Numbered from the stretch's first letter, positions 36,031-49,829 are shown. The stretch is 64,000 nt of DNA from Mobula hypostoma (GCF_963921235.1 NC_086108.1:60204001-60268000); one strand, 5' to 3'. The notes: generated by a model not told the origin, from the sequence alone. Numbers and translations: made by a program.

Positions 36031-36849
36031 GCTTCTGGACATGATGCTACCACTGTGTATAATGGAAACGTATGTAAAGGATGAAAAGTTATTGAATGGT
36101 TTATTGTATATATTTATTTTTGAATAAAGTATATTTTGAAATTTAAAAAAATGATGCTACCTGATTTAGACAGATTCAGTTATGAGAGACCGACTAGTTG
36201 GCCTCAAGGGCTGAAGAGGAAAAAAAACCATACCTATAACTTGAGTGAAATACACACCATTGGAACTGGACTCATTTTCTTATTACTTCTTCAAATTTCA
36301 GAGGATGTGTAAAATTTCTTTACCACAGTTGTCTTGACTTTAATCATGTGCAGTTTAATACATACCAGCTCACAAGAATATATGTAAAACTGCTCATTAA
36401 TTATTTGCCCTGAGAAATCCTCTGAAAGTTTGAGGAGTTTGAATACAGTATTAATTCTAAAGGAATTGATTCAAATGAAAACTATGGCTTCATATGTACT
36501 AGCTTTATCTTGACCTGTAACCACTTTATTACTAAATTAGTAACTGCAATACTATGAAAATAATAGTGAGAGTTTTAAATTCAATGGCAGCTAAACTTTA
36601 TCCAAACTCTAAATGAGCATGGGCTCTTACAAATGGGGGAAGAAACAAAGTGCCAAAAAACCTTGCATAATCTTCCACTGATCAAGCAAATACAACAGAT
36701 GGTGTTACAGAAACTTAGTTTTAATAAGGTAAATAGCATTAATTCGTGTGTACTTCTGGACCTAATATTTCTAATCACAAGAATTCTATTAATGGTGAAA
36801 TATTAAGAATCATGACAGATCCACAACACCAATGGAACATTTATCACAA

Positions 36850-38847
36850 AGTTGAACTGAAATTGGAATAAGGTTTTTATTGCTTGACAAATTATAAATA
36901 TTTTGATCATGACATGATATAAAACATGCAAAACACAAGGCATCAAGACAATGGTTATTACTTTAATACAACTAACCCTTTTATTGTAGGAATAACATTT
37001 CAAAAATATATTTTGGTACATTGTATACAATTAAAGGAGTATTTAAATATTTTAAATTTCACAAGATAATTATGGACTACCATACAAACAGTAGTTCCAA
37101 AATGTCCCAGCTCCGAAGCAGTTTTATTCAAAGCATTTGCCTAGCATTCAGCCTTAGGCATCACCACCAGCATTGTGTTTATAATATGTATATAATTTAG
37201 CCAACAACTAACAGTGCAAACAACATGAATTGCATTTTCTCCCTGTACCCAGTTTACAAAATTAGACCAACCTTTCTACAAACCTCTGCAAAACTGAATA
37301 ACACAAATACTGGAAAGGTTGATCTTATTGCTAGTATAATTAAAGAGGCCATTATTGGACAAGATCTAATAGTTTACAATAAAGTTAAAATTCTGATTAA
37401 AAACCTGTCCATAAAATACTATGATTCAATAATAAAGCCCGTGTCCAGGAATCAATGAGAATTGGGAAATCCTGTATTCTTATACCAACAGTTAAAACTC
37501 TTCCACAGTTGTCAACTTAATTTTTGCATTTGTGAATTGTATTGGAGGTGAGCTTTCATTCAGAATATTATGTTATCTTGGAATCAAAAATCAATATCAA
37601 ATGAAATCTCTTAGCCAAAATGTTACTTTATTGCTAAGCATATGCTAGGGACATCAGTTGCTGATTTTAATTTCAACATTAGAAATATATTGTTGACTAT
37701 CTACATTTATATTTTACAATTATTTTGTCACCTTAAAATAAACTGTGAAAAATTATTCAAGTCAAAGAAAACTTTGTACAAACTCTATAGTCCTGCAAAC
37801 CACTAAGTGTACTTGTTAGCTCTGCAGTTAAATAAATTTATGACTGAACTACAGCAACTAGGAGAGAGACTCATGTCAGAGACTTAAGTTAAAGATGCAC
37901 ACATTTTTAAACTAGAGAATGATTTAAAAGTAAATCTGTAAATTAATAAAAACAAAGACAAAATGCAGCATTTGTTTACAACACTTTACACTAGTTTTGA
38001 ATTGTGTCAATGTACTATGAGACTCAAACTGAGAGCAGAAACCTCAAGGAAACTTGTCACATTCATGAAGGCAAGCCTTTTAACGCACCTTCCAAGTAGC
38101 CAGTATAAGTAAATTCCGCAAGTTTAATTTTGCTGGTAACTGCTTATAATCTGCACATTGTGAATTGCAAGCATTAAGTCACAAAACTAAAATGATGGCC
38201 ATTTTAATTACCTGCACAAAAGTAGTTCCATTTACATATGGGACACTTGCTGATCTTTGAAAATTTTCTAAGATGGCAATGCTATGTAGATCAGGAAATG
38301 TAAACCTCAAGAAAAGCAGTCACAAATTATTCCAGTTCTCAAAGCTGACTAAAAAGTAATCTTCCCATTTAAAATGAGAAAAATTTCTGAAAGTACTGGA
38401 TAGTTATGTAGGGCAGGCGCGAGGTTGGGGTGGGGGGGGGGCAGTGCAGGTTGCTGGTGCAGACACAAATGTGAGCTCACACTGGCAAACTTCCTTCTTT
38501 CAGCACCAGTGGAAGGTTCAAAATATGAATTAATTTACTTTAATCTTCTCCCAGTAGTTTGATTTTGTATAGTGTAATAAGCCAGTTTATTCTTAGAGTG
38601 AAATTTTAAACGAAAAGAATTTATCTTGAATGATTGAACCCTTGCTCAGGTATCTCAATTCAATGCTGTCTGTTTCATTAAAACACTGTCTGGGCAAGTC
38701 CAAAGCTAAAGTTAGGAATATTTATTCTAAGTATCCTAAACATAATAATGAAACACTGTTTAAAAAGTGCAATTGTAGCAATCACAAGTCAGTACTTCAA
38801 TTGTTAAAAAAAATTCCACCAGTCCAAATAGAAGTTTGTTCAGTTTC
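36850..38847 (-). other. EFCAB14: Probable EFCAB14 3' UTR with candidate poly(A) signal (AATAAA on minus strand at 36876-36881)
   Basis: AT-rich ~2 kb with no recognisable TE, downstream of the stop codon. AATAAA is followed ~35-45 nt later by a GT-rich tract (ttggtgttgtgg). Other AATAAA motifs occur near 36980, 37125 and 36526. Confidence 0.5.
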
Positions 38848-39014
38848 CTATGAACCAATTGCATTGATGAGTTCTGTTTGGGAGAACCTTCCATCTTCAT
38901 TAGCATCAAACTGTCGAAGTTCTTCAGGATCAGGGGTTTGCGTACCAAATAATTTGTAAAGTTCTTGGTAAGAAAGTTGGCCATCAGAAGAGTGAAGGAA
39001 CAGGTCCTGCAGAG
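38848..39014 (-). CDS. EFCAB14: EFCAB14 last coding exon with EF-hand
   Basis: aaatgttacag|CT CTG CAG GAC CTG TTC... to TAG. Encodes ALQDLFLHSSDGQLSYQELYKLFGTQTPDPEELRQFDANEDGRFSQTELINAIGS*, with a canonical 12-residue EF loop DANEDGRFSQTE. Matches the recalled EFCAB14 C-terminus. Confidence 0.9.
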
Positions 39015-39244
39015 CTGTAACATTTAAAACAAAATTGCAGTTGTAGAACAGAAAGGCGTGGTAGCACAAGTACACAGTTTCCAGATAGACGGCAGTGAGG
39101 AAGATTTTTGGCACATTGCTCTTCATCAGTCAGGGCATTAAGTATAGAAGTGGAATATTATGATATGGGTGAACAAGACATACAAAGAATGACCTTGTAG
39201 AACTGTATGAAATTATGAGGCATAAATAGGATGAATGCTGTTGA

Positions 39245-40635
39245 CTCTTTCCACGTTGTCACTTGTAAAAATGCTATTCCCTTTTTTTAAGTTCCTCCAC
39301 CTCAGCATCTGTTCTCAGGATGATGCTCACCATTCTAGAATAGAATTATCTCTTTTCAAAACACAAGGTTTCCTTTCCACAACCACTGATACTGTCTTTA
39401 TCTGGATCTCCTCCATTTCCCACATATCTGCCCTCACCCCACCCTCAAGCCATCGTAACAGGATAGGAAACAACAGGAATTCTGCAGATGCTGGAAATTC
39501 AAGCAATATACATCAAAGTTGCTGGTGAACGCAGCAGGCCAAGCAGCATCTATAGGAAGAGGTGCAGTCGACGTTTCAGGCCGCGACCCAGGGTCTCGGC
39601 CTGAAACATCGACTGCATCTCTTCCTATAGATGCTGCTTGGCCTGCTGTGTTCACCAGCAACTTTGATATATATAACAGGATAGGGTTCACCTTGTCTTT
39701 ACCTGCCATCACACAAGCCTCAATCCAGCACATTATTTGCCCTAACATCCACAATCTGTAACAAGGTTCTACCACTAAGCACGTCTTTCCCCGATCCTTC
39801 CACTTTCTGGAGGGGTCTCTCTCTCTACGTGACTCTCTTGTCCACTTGTCGCTCCCATGATCCCCTTCCTGGCACTTATCCCTGCAAGTATGTCAAGGGC
39901 TACATCAGCCCCTACACCTCCCTCGCCACTATTCAAGGCCCCCAAATAGTCCTTCCAGGTGAAAGTCTTCCATTGCAAGTGTGTCAGGGTTATCAACTAT
40001 ATTTGGTGCTCACTGCTCTACATTGGTGAGACCCAACATATATTGGGGGACCACTTTGTTGAGCACTTTCTCTTCATCGACCTCCCATTCCCATTTTGAC
40101 GTGTTGGCCCATAATCTCACTACCACCACAATGAGACCACACTAAGATTGGGGAAGCAACATCATATTGTCTGGGTAACTTTCAACTATTGGCATGAACA
40201 TTGATTTCTCTAATATCTCCCCCTTTGTCCTTCTTTCTTTTTCCATTCTTCATTCAGGCTGCCCTCTCATCTCTTTTCACCTGCCCATCACGACCCTCTG
40301 ATGCCCCTCTTCCTTCCCTTTCTTTCATGGTCCTCTCTATCAAACTCCTACCAGCCCTTTATCTCTTCTAGCTATCACCTCCCAGCTTCTTACTTCATCC
40401 CCCGCTCCTTTCCCTATCCACCCATCTTCCCCCTCACCTGGCCTCTCTTATCACCTGCCAGGTTGTACTCTTCCCCCACCCCCCACTTTCTTATTCTATC
40501 CTTTCCTCTCCAGACTTGAAGGGTCACTGCCCTGAACATCAACTATTTATTCCCCTCCATAGATGCAGCCTGACTTAAGAGTTCTTACAGCATTTTGTGT
40601 GTTGTTCAAGATTTCCAGCATCTGCAGAATCTCTT
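39245..40635 (+). mobile_element. Older Penelope-like element (RT thumb, GIY-YIG remnant, pLTR) in the last intron of EFCAB14
   Basis: SSHVVTCKNAIPFFKFL, ICSQDDA, PGTYPCK...YTSLATIQGP, YIGET; pLTR end at 40510-40635. Confidence 0.8.
39468..39673. mobile_element. Palindromic PLE-terminus insertion with 12-bp TSD
   Basis: Inverted arms ~39507-39589 and 39591-39673 around a central a at 39590; TSD taacaggatagg at 39456-39467 and 39674-39685. Confidence 0.85.
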
Positions 40636-41004
40636 GTTTATGAATATATAGTTCGTTTCCGAGGATTGGGGAATTAAGAACTAGAGGGGATACATTTAGG
40701 TGGGGGGGGAGGGAGAGAAGAAGAGACTTAATCTGTGGGGCAACTTCTTCACTCCGAGGATAGACCATATATAGAAGGAGCTGACGCTGACAGAGGAAGA
40801 AGTTAAGGCAGGGACATGCAGGTCAAAGGGCCTTTTTCTAATCATGAATAGCATTAAGTTTTAGAACTGGCAGTACTAAAAACTTAAAACATGAAAACAA
40901 TACTTTTAGTTTGCTACATATGGTAAAAATGTTATTAGCCCAATTATTTTCAAAGGAGTCAGGATGATTGTGGAAATAGGAGATATATATAATCTCACCT
41001 ACGT

Positions 41005-41190
41005 AACCCTCCAAATCACAGGACAATTTACAATGACCAATTAACCAGTACATCTTTGGACTGCAGAAGGAAACCAGAGCACCCAGAGGAAACCTACAAA
41101 TGTTTGTACATAGTCATGGGGAGAAGGTACAAATTGTTTAGACGACACTGGAATTGAACTCCAACACATGCTAAACACTACGCTACAGTT
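41005..41190 (-). mobile_element. V-SINE-type SINE
   Basis: ggacaatttacaatgaccaattaacc...ctttggactg...ggaaaccagagcacccagaggaaacc core. Confidence 0.6.
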
Positions 41191-42867
41191 GCACAGTGCT
41201 ATTGTTGGCAAGCTGCACAGATTCAACTAATCCCCGTCTTTCAACTGTAACAAAGGTATCCAGACCCATTATTAAGTAAATTTTTACTTGTAGTGAAGAA
41301 GTGTGCAGTTTACCCAAACAAAAACCCAAGAGGATTTCTCAGTGGCATAGATTGGAGATCAACTATGATACCGTTACAAAATTAATCAACTTATTAATCT
41401 GAACATCAGTTAAACACTTTATTTACATTGTGTATATCAGCAAACTGGTTGTGAAGTTGCATGCAGACATACGTAAAAAAGGCTTAATACTCCAAAATCA
41501 CATCTTTTTAATGAAGATAAATAAGTTTCATATCCTGTAACAGCAGGAATAATATTGATCAAATAGTGACTGATGAACAAAGAATCTCTTAAGGGAGATT
41601 CAGTGATCTGATACTAATTATGATGCATCCAAAGACAGAGGTAAAATCATGTACAAATAAATTTCAATGCTTAGTTTAATGTAAATTAAGATTTTAGCCA
41701 CAGCTTTTGCAAATCCAGAAGGAAGTCCTAGATAATGAATTTCCATAATTGTACTGTCATTCTAGAGAATATTGATATCTATTTATAGATAAGGCCATTC
41801 AGTTTTCATCAGTTTATTCATAGAGCCCTCTCAACGCCTCCCCACCCCCGTTTAAGTGTCCAACTGTTTCTCAATTTTAAGTTATTTCTCCTAATAAAGC
41901 TAGCATGGTACCTTGTATGTTGATCAAATTAACTATAGATTTAGTCCTAAATTGCTTTACTAGTTTCTCTTGATTCTTACTACTGAGCTTCATGGCCTTG
42001 CAGAAAGCAGCAATTCATTCAGGTACTTAAAAAATCTTTTAATACATTTCTTCTTTCACCATCCTACTATCAATTTTTTTTTTACTTGTCAGTAAATGAC
42101 CCATCTGCTAAGGGAAAAGTCTCAATTTTATACATATTTGCTAATTTCCCCTTCACTTTATTTCACCCTGAAAGAAAGTAACTGAATCCCAGACAATACT
42201 CTCTTGAAACTAAAATTCTCTAATCTTGACAACAATCAGCTATATCTCTTCAGCACCGTCACATGCCATCACATTCTTCTGGGGACCCAACAGTGTACAG
42301 TACTTCAGCTGTAGCCTGTCTGGTATTCTATGCAATTCTAGAAATACATTCCTACTCTTGCTTTCTATGCTTCAGTTAAGTTTCTTCATTTGCTTTTGTG
42401 CTAATCTGCTGCCTCATTACTTTTAAGAATCTGCTGACTCACACTGAGATATTATTTCTTGCTCTTTTCAGTATTCTACCTCTATTGTTTATCCTGTTGC
42501 CACATTTGCCCTCTCTATATGAGTGGCAATATATGTATTGCCACTCATATTTCCACAATGAATACCATTTGGTACATTTTTGGCTCACTGAGCAATCTAT
42601 TTTGCTCACAACTCTCTTACTCACAATGAACAACTTACAAAGTTGGTATCATTTATGAATCTGGGGCTTCCTTATTGTTTAATCAAATCCAACTTATTGA
42701 TCTATACCAAAAGGTGCAAGATTATACCTATATAACCTTCAAATTATTCCAGATATCACCACCGATTAAGCTGAGATCCTATGCACTGATCTTTAAAGTC
42801 CAAATAAAATTATAAATAATGTACATTGGATGTGAAGAACGCAGAATGCTCTAGCTGTAAAACTCAC

Positions 42868-43002
42868 CTTTTAAACTATTAATCCCAGGTAATGATAGGT
42901 GTTTTAATTTGACATTCCTTTTACTGTTTTTATTAGCTGTTGCTTTTACTGGAATTCTTGGAGAAATTAAGGGATTCACTGTAGAAGTTGAGCTTGTGTT
43001 AG
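42868..43002 (-). CDS. EFCAB14: EFCAB14 penultimate coding exon
   Basis: cttttgttttacag|CT AAC ACA... to ...TTA AAA G|gtgagt. 135 bp, phase 1/1, encodes ANTSSTSTVNPLISPRIPVKATANKNSKRNVKLKHLSLPGINSLK (resembles EFCAB14 LRPISLPGVSS). In phase with both flanking exons. Confidence 0.85.
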
Positions 43003-44329
43003 CTGTAAAACAAAAGTACAGCTGCAAATAATTATCTATTCACTTACTGCTTACATTCCAGACTTTAGGGAAAGCAAGCATGGATTCTAGAGCATAGAAT
43101 CAGGCCATATTGTAGAGCTGCTTTACTTGTAATTGCTCTGCCACATCAATTACTTTGTCACCCTGCCTTTGTACTTCCTCTTCTCTCTCATACTTGAATC
43201 AAGCCTTCTTTAAAATATGTCCATGCTTTTTCTATTACCCATGTGGCAGACTACATCTGCATTTTTACAACATAGAAAGTGATCTGAGTTTTTTTTTGAT
43301 CTGCTAGTTGTCATTTATACCTTTGTTTTACTAGCTTATGTTTAATAGATTTTCCATATCCATCTTAACAAATTACTGCACAATTCCAAAAACCTACAAC
43401 TTCCAGAATGTTCTCTTTTCAAGAGCCTTAAACTTCTGTTATTACAACACTCAATTTTGTCATCCTTGAAAATAGTTTCTGCACTTTATTCACTTCTCTT
43501 GTGTGACCCAACAAAAAGTCTACATAAATTTATTATTTCAAATACTTTTTCCCCTTCTTCCAGAAATTAACTGCACCCCTCGGCTTGTACTTTCCAGCTT
43601 CAGTAATATGTGTACCCAATTCCAGATCTCATTGCTCATTTATCCTATTTAGTTACTCAGCTTCCAAAAAAGAAACAAGTGGCCTCTTTCTTTATTTTAT
43701 AGGGAAGCATTCTCATGTTTGAAATGATAAATTCGCCCAAGATTCATGCATATGCTTTTTGTTCTAGTTAATTACATTGTAATCAACCTCTCATCTCCAA
43801 TTTCGTATAATGATTTAACATCACAGCTCCAGTTCTATTATGTGAATAACAATGACTGTTTTAGCACAAATTCCTATGGATCACATTTCGTAAGACACTT
43901 CCCTTAAACTAAGCATCTATTTTCAATCTATTAACCATCTTTCAATCCATTCTGTATCTGGTCCCTGACTCCTTATGCCTCTAGCTTTACCAATAACTCT
44001 TCATACAATACCTCACTGAAGGCATTCCGAATATTTCACACATTACTATTTTCTTCCAACAACTCCAATGGCTGACACATCTTTGCCAAAGTCCCAAAAT
44101 GGTTCAGAATAAGTTCAGCTTTCTTCGAGATTATTCAATCATAACCATTATCTGTGTATAAATATTGTACTAACTTTTTTGATATTCTGATCAACCTGTA
44201 GTAAAATTGCACAATGTTTTCAATGAAAAGGCAACAAGAGGCCAGATATGCTTCAGCGCTGAAGTTCAGAGTATTCAGGCAAATTTTTCTTTTCATATTT
44301 ACTATAGTGGCCATATTTCACTACTGTAA

Positions 44330-45380
44330 TTGATTATAGCTCTTTTCAGTGATCTGAGATATAGATGTAGGAAACTAATGGATGTACTGTATTTATATTT
44401 CAAGCATTTGATTCCAGAAAACCATATTGTAGAAAATGAAACTCATAATTTAAAAAAGGTAACACATTACCATGAACACAAGATTGATTGGCTAGTAGGA
44501 AACAAAGTAGGCAGGAATGTTTTTTTTTCAGGTTGCAAACTATTTACTGACATCAGGGATCATGTTGGGGGCTGAACTTTTTACAATTTACAGCTCTTCC
44601 CCAAGTTACACAAGTCAGGGCTTGTCTTAAGTGAAGGTACCAATGAAGGTACCAACAAATACAATTGCTAAATTTGTTTATGACCAAAAATAGCAAGTTG
44701 TGAGGCACATTAGCAAGCTACAAAAATACACATTAGGTGAAGTGAGTAGGCAGAGATCTGAAAAATATTGTGGAAAAATTAGGTACTTTCCATTTTGGCA
44801 AGGGTAAAAAGGACATTACATAAACGATGGCAAATTGCAGAGCCATAAAATGCAAAGGGATCTGATGATGCATCATTCACAATAATCTATACTCTAGCTA
44901 AAATAAAGCTAACAAAAAACTTTCGTTTACCGTTCTGGGAACTAAGGATATAAGTACGGTATTAAAGTTTAGTTACTGTATATAAGGCATTGAGATCATG
45001 TGGAGTACTATGTAGTTTTAAGATATAAATACACTGAAATCAAGTTCTTAGAAGGGTTATTAAGCTAATACCTGGAATGTGCTGGTTATCTGAGGATAAA
45101 TTAATGTTGTAGTGCCTGAAGTTTAGAGTGAGAGAACTAGATTGAAACAAGAGCCTGTGTATTAGTGAGGACGTTTTATCTTGTAAGAAAAGCTAGAACT
45201 AGGGTTCAATACAAATGGTGCAAAATGTTTTCTAAGGGCTGACAGTCTCCAAAATGGTCTCTCAAAAAACAGTGTAAGCAGAGTCTGAATATTTTTAAGG
45301 AAGAGGCAAATACATTCTTGATCAGCAAGAATGCAAAAAGGTCATTATACTTGGAGGGAATGTAGAGTTGAGATTAGTCT
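44330..45380 (+). mobile_element. Very decayed CR1 RT-3' fragment
   Basis: MDVLYLYF (cf. VDVVYLDF), GIMLGAELF, HFGKGK, HVEYYV and 3'-end remnants; continues at ~46728-46820. Confidence 0.55.
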
Positions 45381-45384
45381 GATC

Positions 45385-46727
45385 CAGACATCCCACCCTG
45401 CAAAAACTCACTTCAGGGAGGTAGCACCCCCACGCCCCCCCACCCCCACAACCCCATATCCACCCCCACCCCCGCCCGGTCGACCTCCAAGGGTGAATGT
45501 AATACTTCGTTTAGTGATTTTGTCTAATCTGTAAACCGAGTTGGGTATATGCAGAAAATGTGACATTAAAATATGTACTTATATTATATTATCATATTTA
45601 TTCTATTACAACTTTAAGTCTACAGGGAGTTTGGCCTCATCACGTAGGACATCAATAGCGTAGTTCCTTAGCAGCCAGCCAGCTAGTTTAAATAACATTA
45701 GCTATGCTAATGAATGAATGACACCTGTTAAACTCACCTCAACATGTCTTTTACATTTTAACTCACCATGGGCAATAGAAAAGTCACTGTTGCAAATAGT
45801 GCAGCGAGCAACACTGTCATTATTTTTGAGGTTGACTGTAAAGCCCGCCAACAGAGAAAACTGATAGGTTTGCTTAGCAGGGGTCCCCAACCTTTTTTGC
45901 ACCGCGGACCGGTTTAATATTGACAATATTCTTGCGGACCAGCCGACCGGGGGCGGGGGTTTTAATCACGACTGGAATATTGGTGATAAGTCGACTATGT
46001 CAGTTATAAATAGCTAATACACTCAATTTCGTTTCTAAAAGGGTTTATCTAACGAATTTAATATTAAACACACAGAGCATATTTTCCTCGTATGAACATA
46101 TAAAATCATTGCAACACACCAATATCGCTGAATCAGCGGGAGCCCTGGGCTTGTTTTCCTGCAACAAGACGGTGCCATCGAGGGGTGATGGGAGACAGCG
46201 ATACTCGAAGGGGGTTCCTTATGTCCAGTCTATTCCACAATTTAGTTTTCGTTGCATTCATTGCAGAGAACTCCGCTTTGCAGAGATATGTTGGAAATTG
46301 AAGCAACGTTTTCAGTGCTTCCATGGCTATCTCAGGATATTTAGCCTTGACTTTGATCCAGAATGCCGGCAGAGATGTTATGTCAAATGTACTTTTGAGC
46401 CCGTCATCATTTGCAAGCTTGAGGAGTTGAGTCTCTTCTCGCGCTGACATGGATGTCGCGTGCGTAATGACCTCATGTGCGTTCAAGTTCAGCAGTGTGT
46501 GACAAGGAATGAGGAAAGGTGCAGCTGACTCATGTTGTTTAATATCGTTTCCTTGCAGCCCGGTGGTTGGGGACCACTCTTAGCATGAAGAGAGACCAAT
46601 CAGGATGCTCGCTCTCCCTCTCAAAAAAAATCAATTTCCGGGATATTGTATATAATTTCCGGGCATCCTGGAGCCACTATCAATATGTGGGAGACTCCTG
46701 GAACTTCCGGGAGAGGTGGGATGTCTG
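45385..46727 (-). mobile_element. Non-autonomous hAT-like element with BED-finger remnant and apparent 6-bp TSD
   Basis: TIR cagacatcccacc / ggtgggatgtctg; ctgatc immediately outside both ends (45379-45384, 46728-46733); peptide ARCTICNSDFSIAHGELKCKRHVE. Confidence 0.75.
45878..46578 (-). mobile_element. Charlie3/MER1-like hAT deletion derivative, nested
   Basis: TIR caggggtccccaacc / ggttggggaccact; partial TSD cttag; dimerisation-domain peptide SLPAFWIKVKAKYPEIA...TYLCKAEFS...LRVSLSPITPRWHRLVAGKQAQGSR. Confidence 0.85.
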
Positions 46728-49700
46728 CTGATCTGGCATATCATTCTTCTGCCATGACATTACTAAATGAGGAACAAGCATGAGGGCCCAAGTGAGTTCT
46801 TCTACCCCAAATTCAGATGTTCATATATTGGAAGAAAACTTTAAACAAGCCATAAAGTACAACTAAAGAAGTTTAAAAACTTCACGAACTGTTTCCATCC
46901 TGTAGCAGGACAAAAGTCTGCAACAAAATTGACTGACTATTCTCTCAAACAACAGCTAAAATGAACATTGATTTTGATTTTATATCTAAATATGCATATA
47001 CCAATTTGTCTTTTCTTCAATGTCATTCAAGCTAAAAAAAAATAAATATCTAAAATCATGCTTCCAACAGGAAATCATGCTGACAGTAAGCAATGCATCA
47101 TTCCATTTCAAGATGCATCTGTGCCCATAATCTTTCCATGAAAAATTATCTAATGAGGATTAATGAATTTACATCATTTATTCATCCTTTCATCTTGGAA
47201 ATCATAACCTCTTCTGCCTTTTTTCATCTTTGGTTTATTTTCTCTTCACAAAATTTACAACAAAGGTGCTCATCATGCCTCTGCCAAAGGACAAACAGCC
47301 TAATCTCACCTTCCAGCTCCAGGTTCATATTCTTGCAGGTCATGACTTAAGTACACAACTATATATTAATTAAATGTATTACATGTTTTTGTCTCTACTA
47401 CTTCCCTGGAGTTCCAGACCCCTATTACATTGACAAAAATACCCATCTCTACACTACTATATTCAATTACTTCAAATCTATGCTCTGCTTCTTTCACTGC
47501 TAGAGAAATTAGACCCATCCTTTTAGCTGTCTGTGCCCCTCAATTTTATTCACCTAAATCCCATCCTTTTCTGTTCCAAAGAAAACAACATAGGCCTATC
47601 TAATCCTTCCTTGATTTTCCAATTCTAGTAGCATTTCCCTCTATATGTTAAATATTGGATTAAACATATTTTAACAAAAGGGATGTTGAGTAACTGTGAA
47701 TGCACAAGAGCGATATAACACATGGCTTACTCCATACTAATTCTACAAGTATTCTCAGAAACAACAAACTGACCACCCCAACCGTGATTTCCAAGCACCA
47801 CACTCAACATAATTAAATTTGCCATCAAGTTACACGTCATTGATCAGCTCTAATTTCAACATATTTGTGATATCATTCTTCAAAGTATACAGCAATACTG
47901 GCTTTCAGGCAAGATTAATTTTACCCACTTTTAAACAAATGTCAAAAATGATTAATATTATATACACAATAATTTCTTAGAGAGAATAAAACTCATGCTA
48001 TTTCAGAAAACTTTCTACAAAAAAAAGATTCTCCTTGACAATCACAATCACTTTTACTAAATTTTAATTAAACCTTTTTAAATTCAACTATTGATGACTT
48101 TCTGAAAATAACAGTATGCCATTCAATTCTATTCTCTCTTATTTTGGAAACAGCTTATCAGACAGTAAATTTAGTTCATAATAACATCTTGCAAATCTAT
48201 GCCACCACTGCTTCATCAACATCAGTTGGTATTCAGTGCACAGATGCATTCATCATTCGCAATCTTGTGCGAAATCCAAAGGTTATTTAATTTTGGACAA
48301 CGTTAAAACAAACTTACATCTCTTCCTCATTTGAGGCCAATATTCTACATATTCCAGATATCTATTATAAGTAGATTCCCTCAGTTCCTTTTCCAGCTTT
48401 AGTGGCACCTTGGCCCCACTTTCACATACAAATTTGACAATCTCAGGCAGTATAGCTTCATAAACTAAACTGGAAGAAACTACATGACATATGCAAATCT
48501 GAGAAATGAAGATCTCCAAAATAGCTGTGTAGATAGCCAGCTGGAACAGAAACATTTTGCTCAGGAAGGAAGGTTCCCATCTATTTTAGGTTTTGCATTG
48601 AAATCTATTGGGCAACACCAAAACACAGCTAACACCAAAAAAGCAATTTAAAATGGTGTGTGCCTTGAGGTAAATGATCCGGGAAATTTGAAGGCAAATA
48701 TTTCAACTATTATAAGATGTTGGAGGGCTCACTTTTTTTAAAGTTTGCACTTTTTTTGCTGTTGGTAAAACAGAAGAATGTTCCTGGGGAAAGAGAAACA
48801 TAATAATGCCCTAGAAAAGTTCATTTTAGTTTCTTTATATCAGTAGCCTCTAGGGAAATTATTAAAAGGTCTATCTGTACATTTCGTACAGATTAATTAG
48901 CAGGAAGTATCTTTGAGATTGCTCATGCACTTGCACACAACGGTAATAATCTGCATTACTATGAACTAGTGCACAAACCAGATTGTGGTCAAATGAAAAC
49001 ATATCTGGCATCGAAATCTCCAAAACCATTCAAGCAAAAATTATGGTAATTTCAACAAACATGAGAGCTTTGCAATTTTTTTTTCCAAGAAAATTTGTTA
49101 TCCAAATTTATAGTTATAATGAATTTCAAATCAAATACTGCTACCTCTTTTTGGCTGGCAGCTAATTTAGCCCAAACCTGGGTTCAACTATTTAAAGAAA
49201 TGACACAACATCACTTCTGCCATGGTTCTGAACTTTCTACTTGCTCTTAATTTGCAAGTAATGTTACCAATGAGCAATGTGTTTTAAATGAGTATTATGA
49301 TCCATGGCGGTCCTTGGTTCAAATCTCATAAGAAACACTAATTTTATATGCAAACTACTTAATTTCAAGTTTCTTGTGCTAAAAATGTCAATTAACTAAT
49401 CATCTGAATTAAACATAAGCCCCAAAGTGTTCCAACATTGATTTAACATAATTCAATGTTTTATGTTACACACTATTGCACTTGGGGGCATGTCTTTCAA
49501 CATACTACAATTTTCATGTTGAGTCACTTATTACTTTGCAATAAAACTCAAAGCACAGTATAGTCCTAAAGATATATAGACATTTAAAACACTACATCAA
49601 AGTTTTGAGTATTTATTATTTTGCCATTTTATTTGCATTGCATGGTTGTTTCATTCCTCGGATTCTTCTCCATTCTATGCTTATAATTTGCATAACACAG

Positions 49701-49829
49701 AAGAGGTCACCTCAGAAATACAAAGGATTTCATTAGTTATTCACCTGACTTAATTGAAAAGTTCGGAAGAAAAGCTTCAACGATGAAGAGACAGAAATAC
49801 AAGAGGAGGGCATAGTTAGAGAAATTATA

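Noticed and set aside
48318..48470. Exon-like ORF (LVYEAILPEIVKFVCESGAKVPLKLEKELRESTYNRYLEYVEYWPQMRKR) with AG/GTAAGT boundaries in an EFCAB14 intron
   Set aside because: Splicing it after the phase-1 exon gives an immediate stop, and the peptide resembles decayed CR1 ([26 protein letters not shown]).
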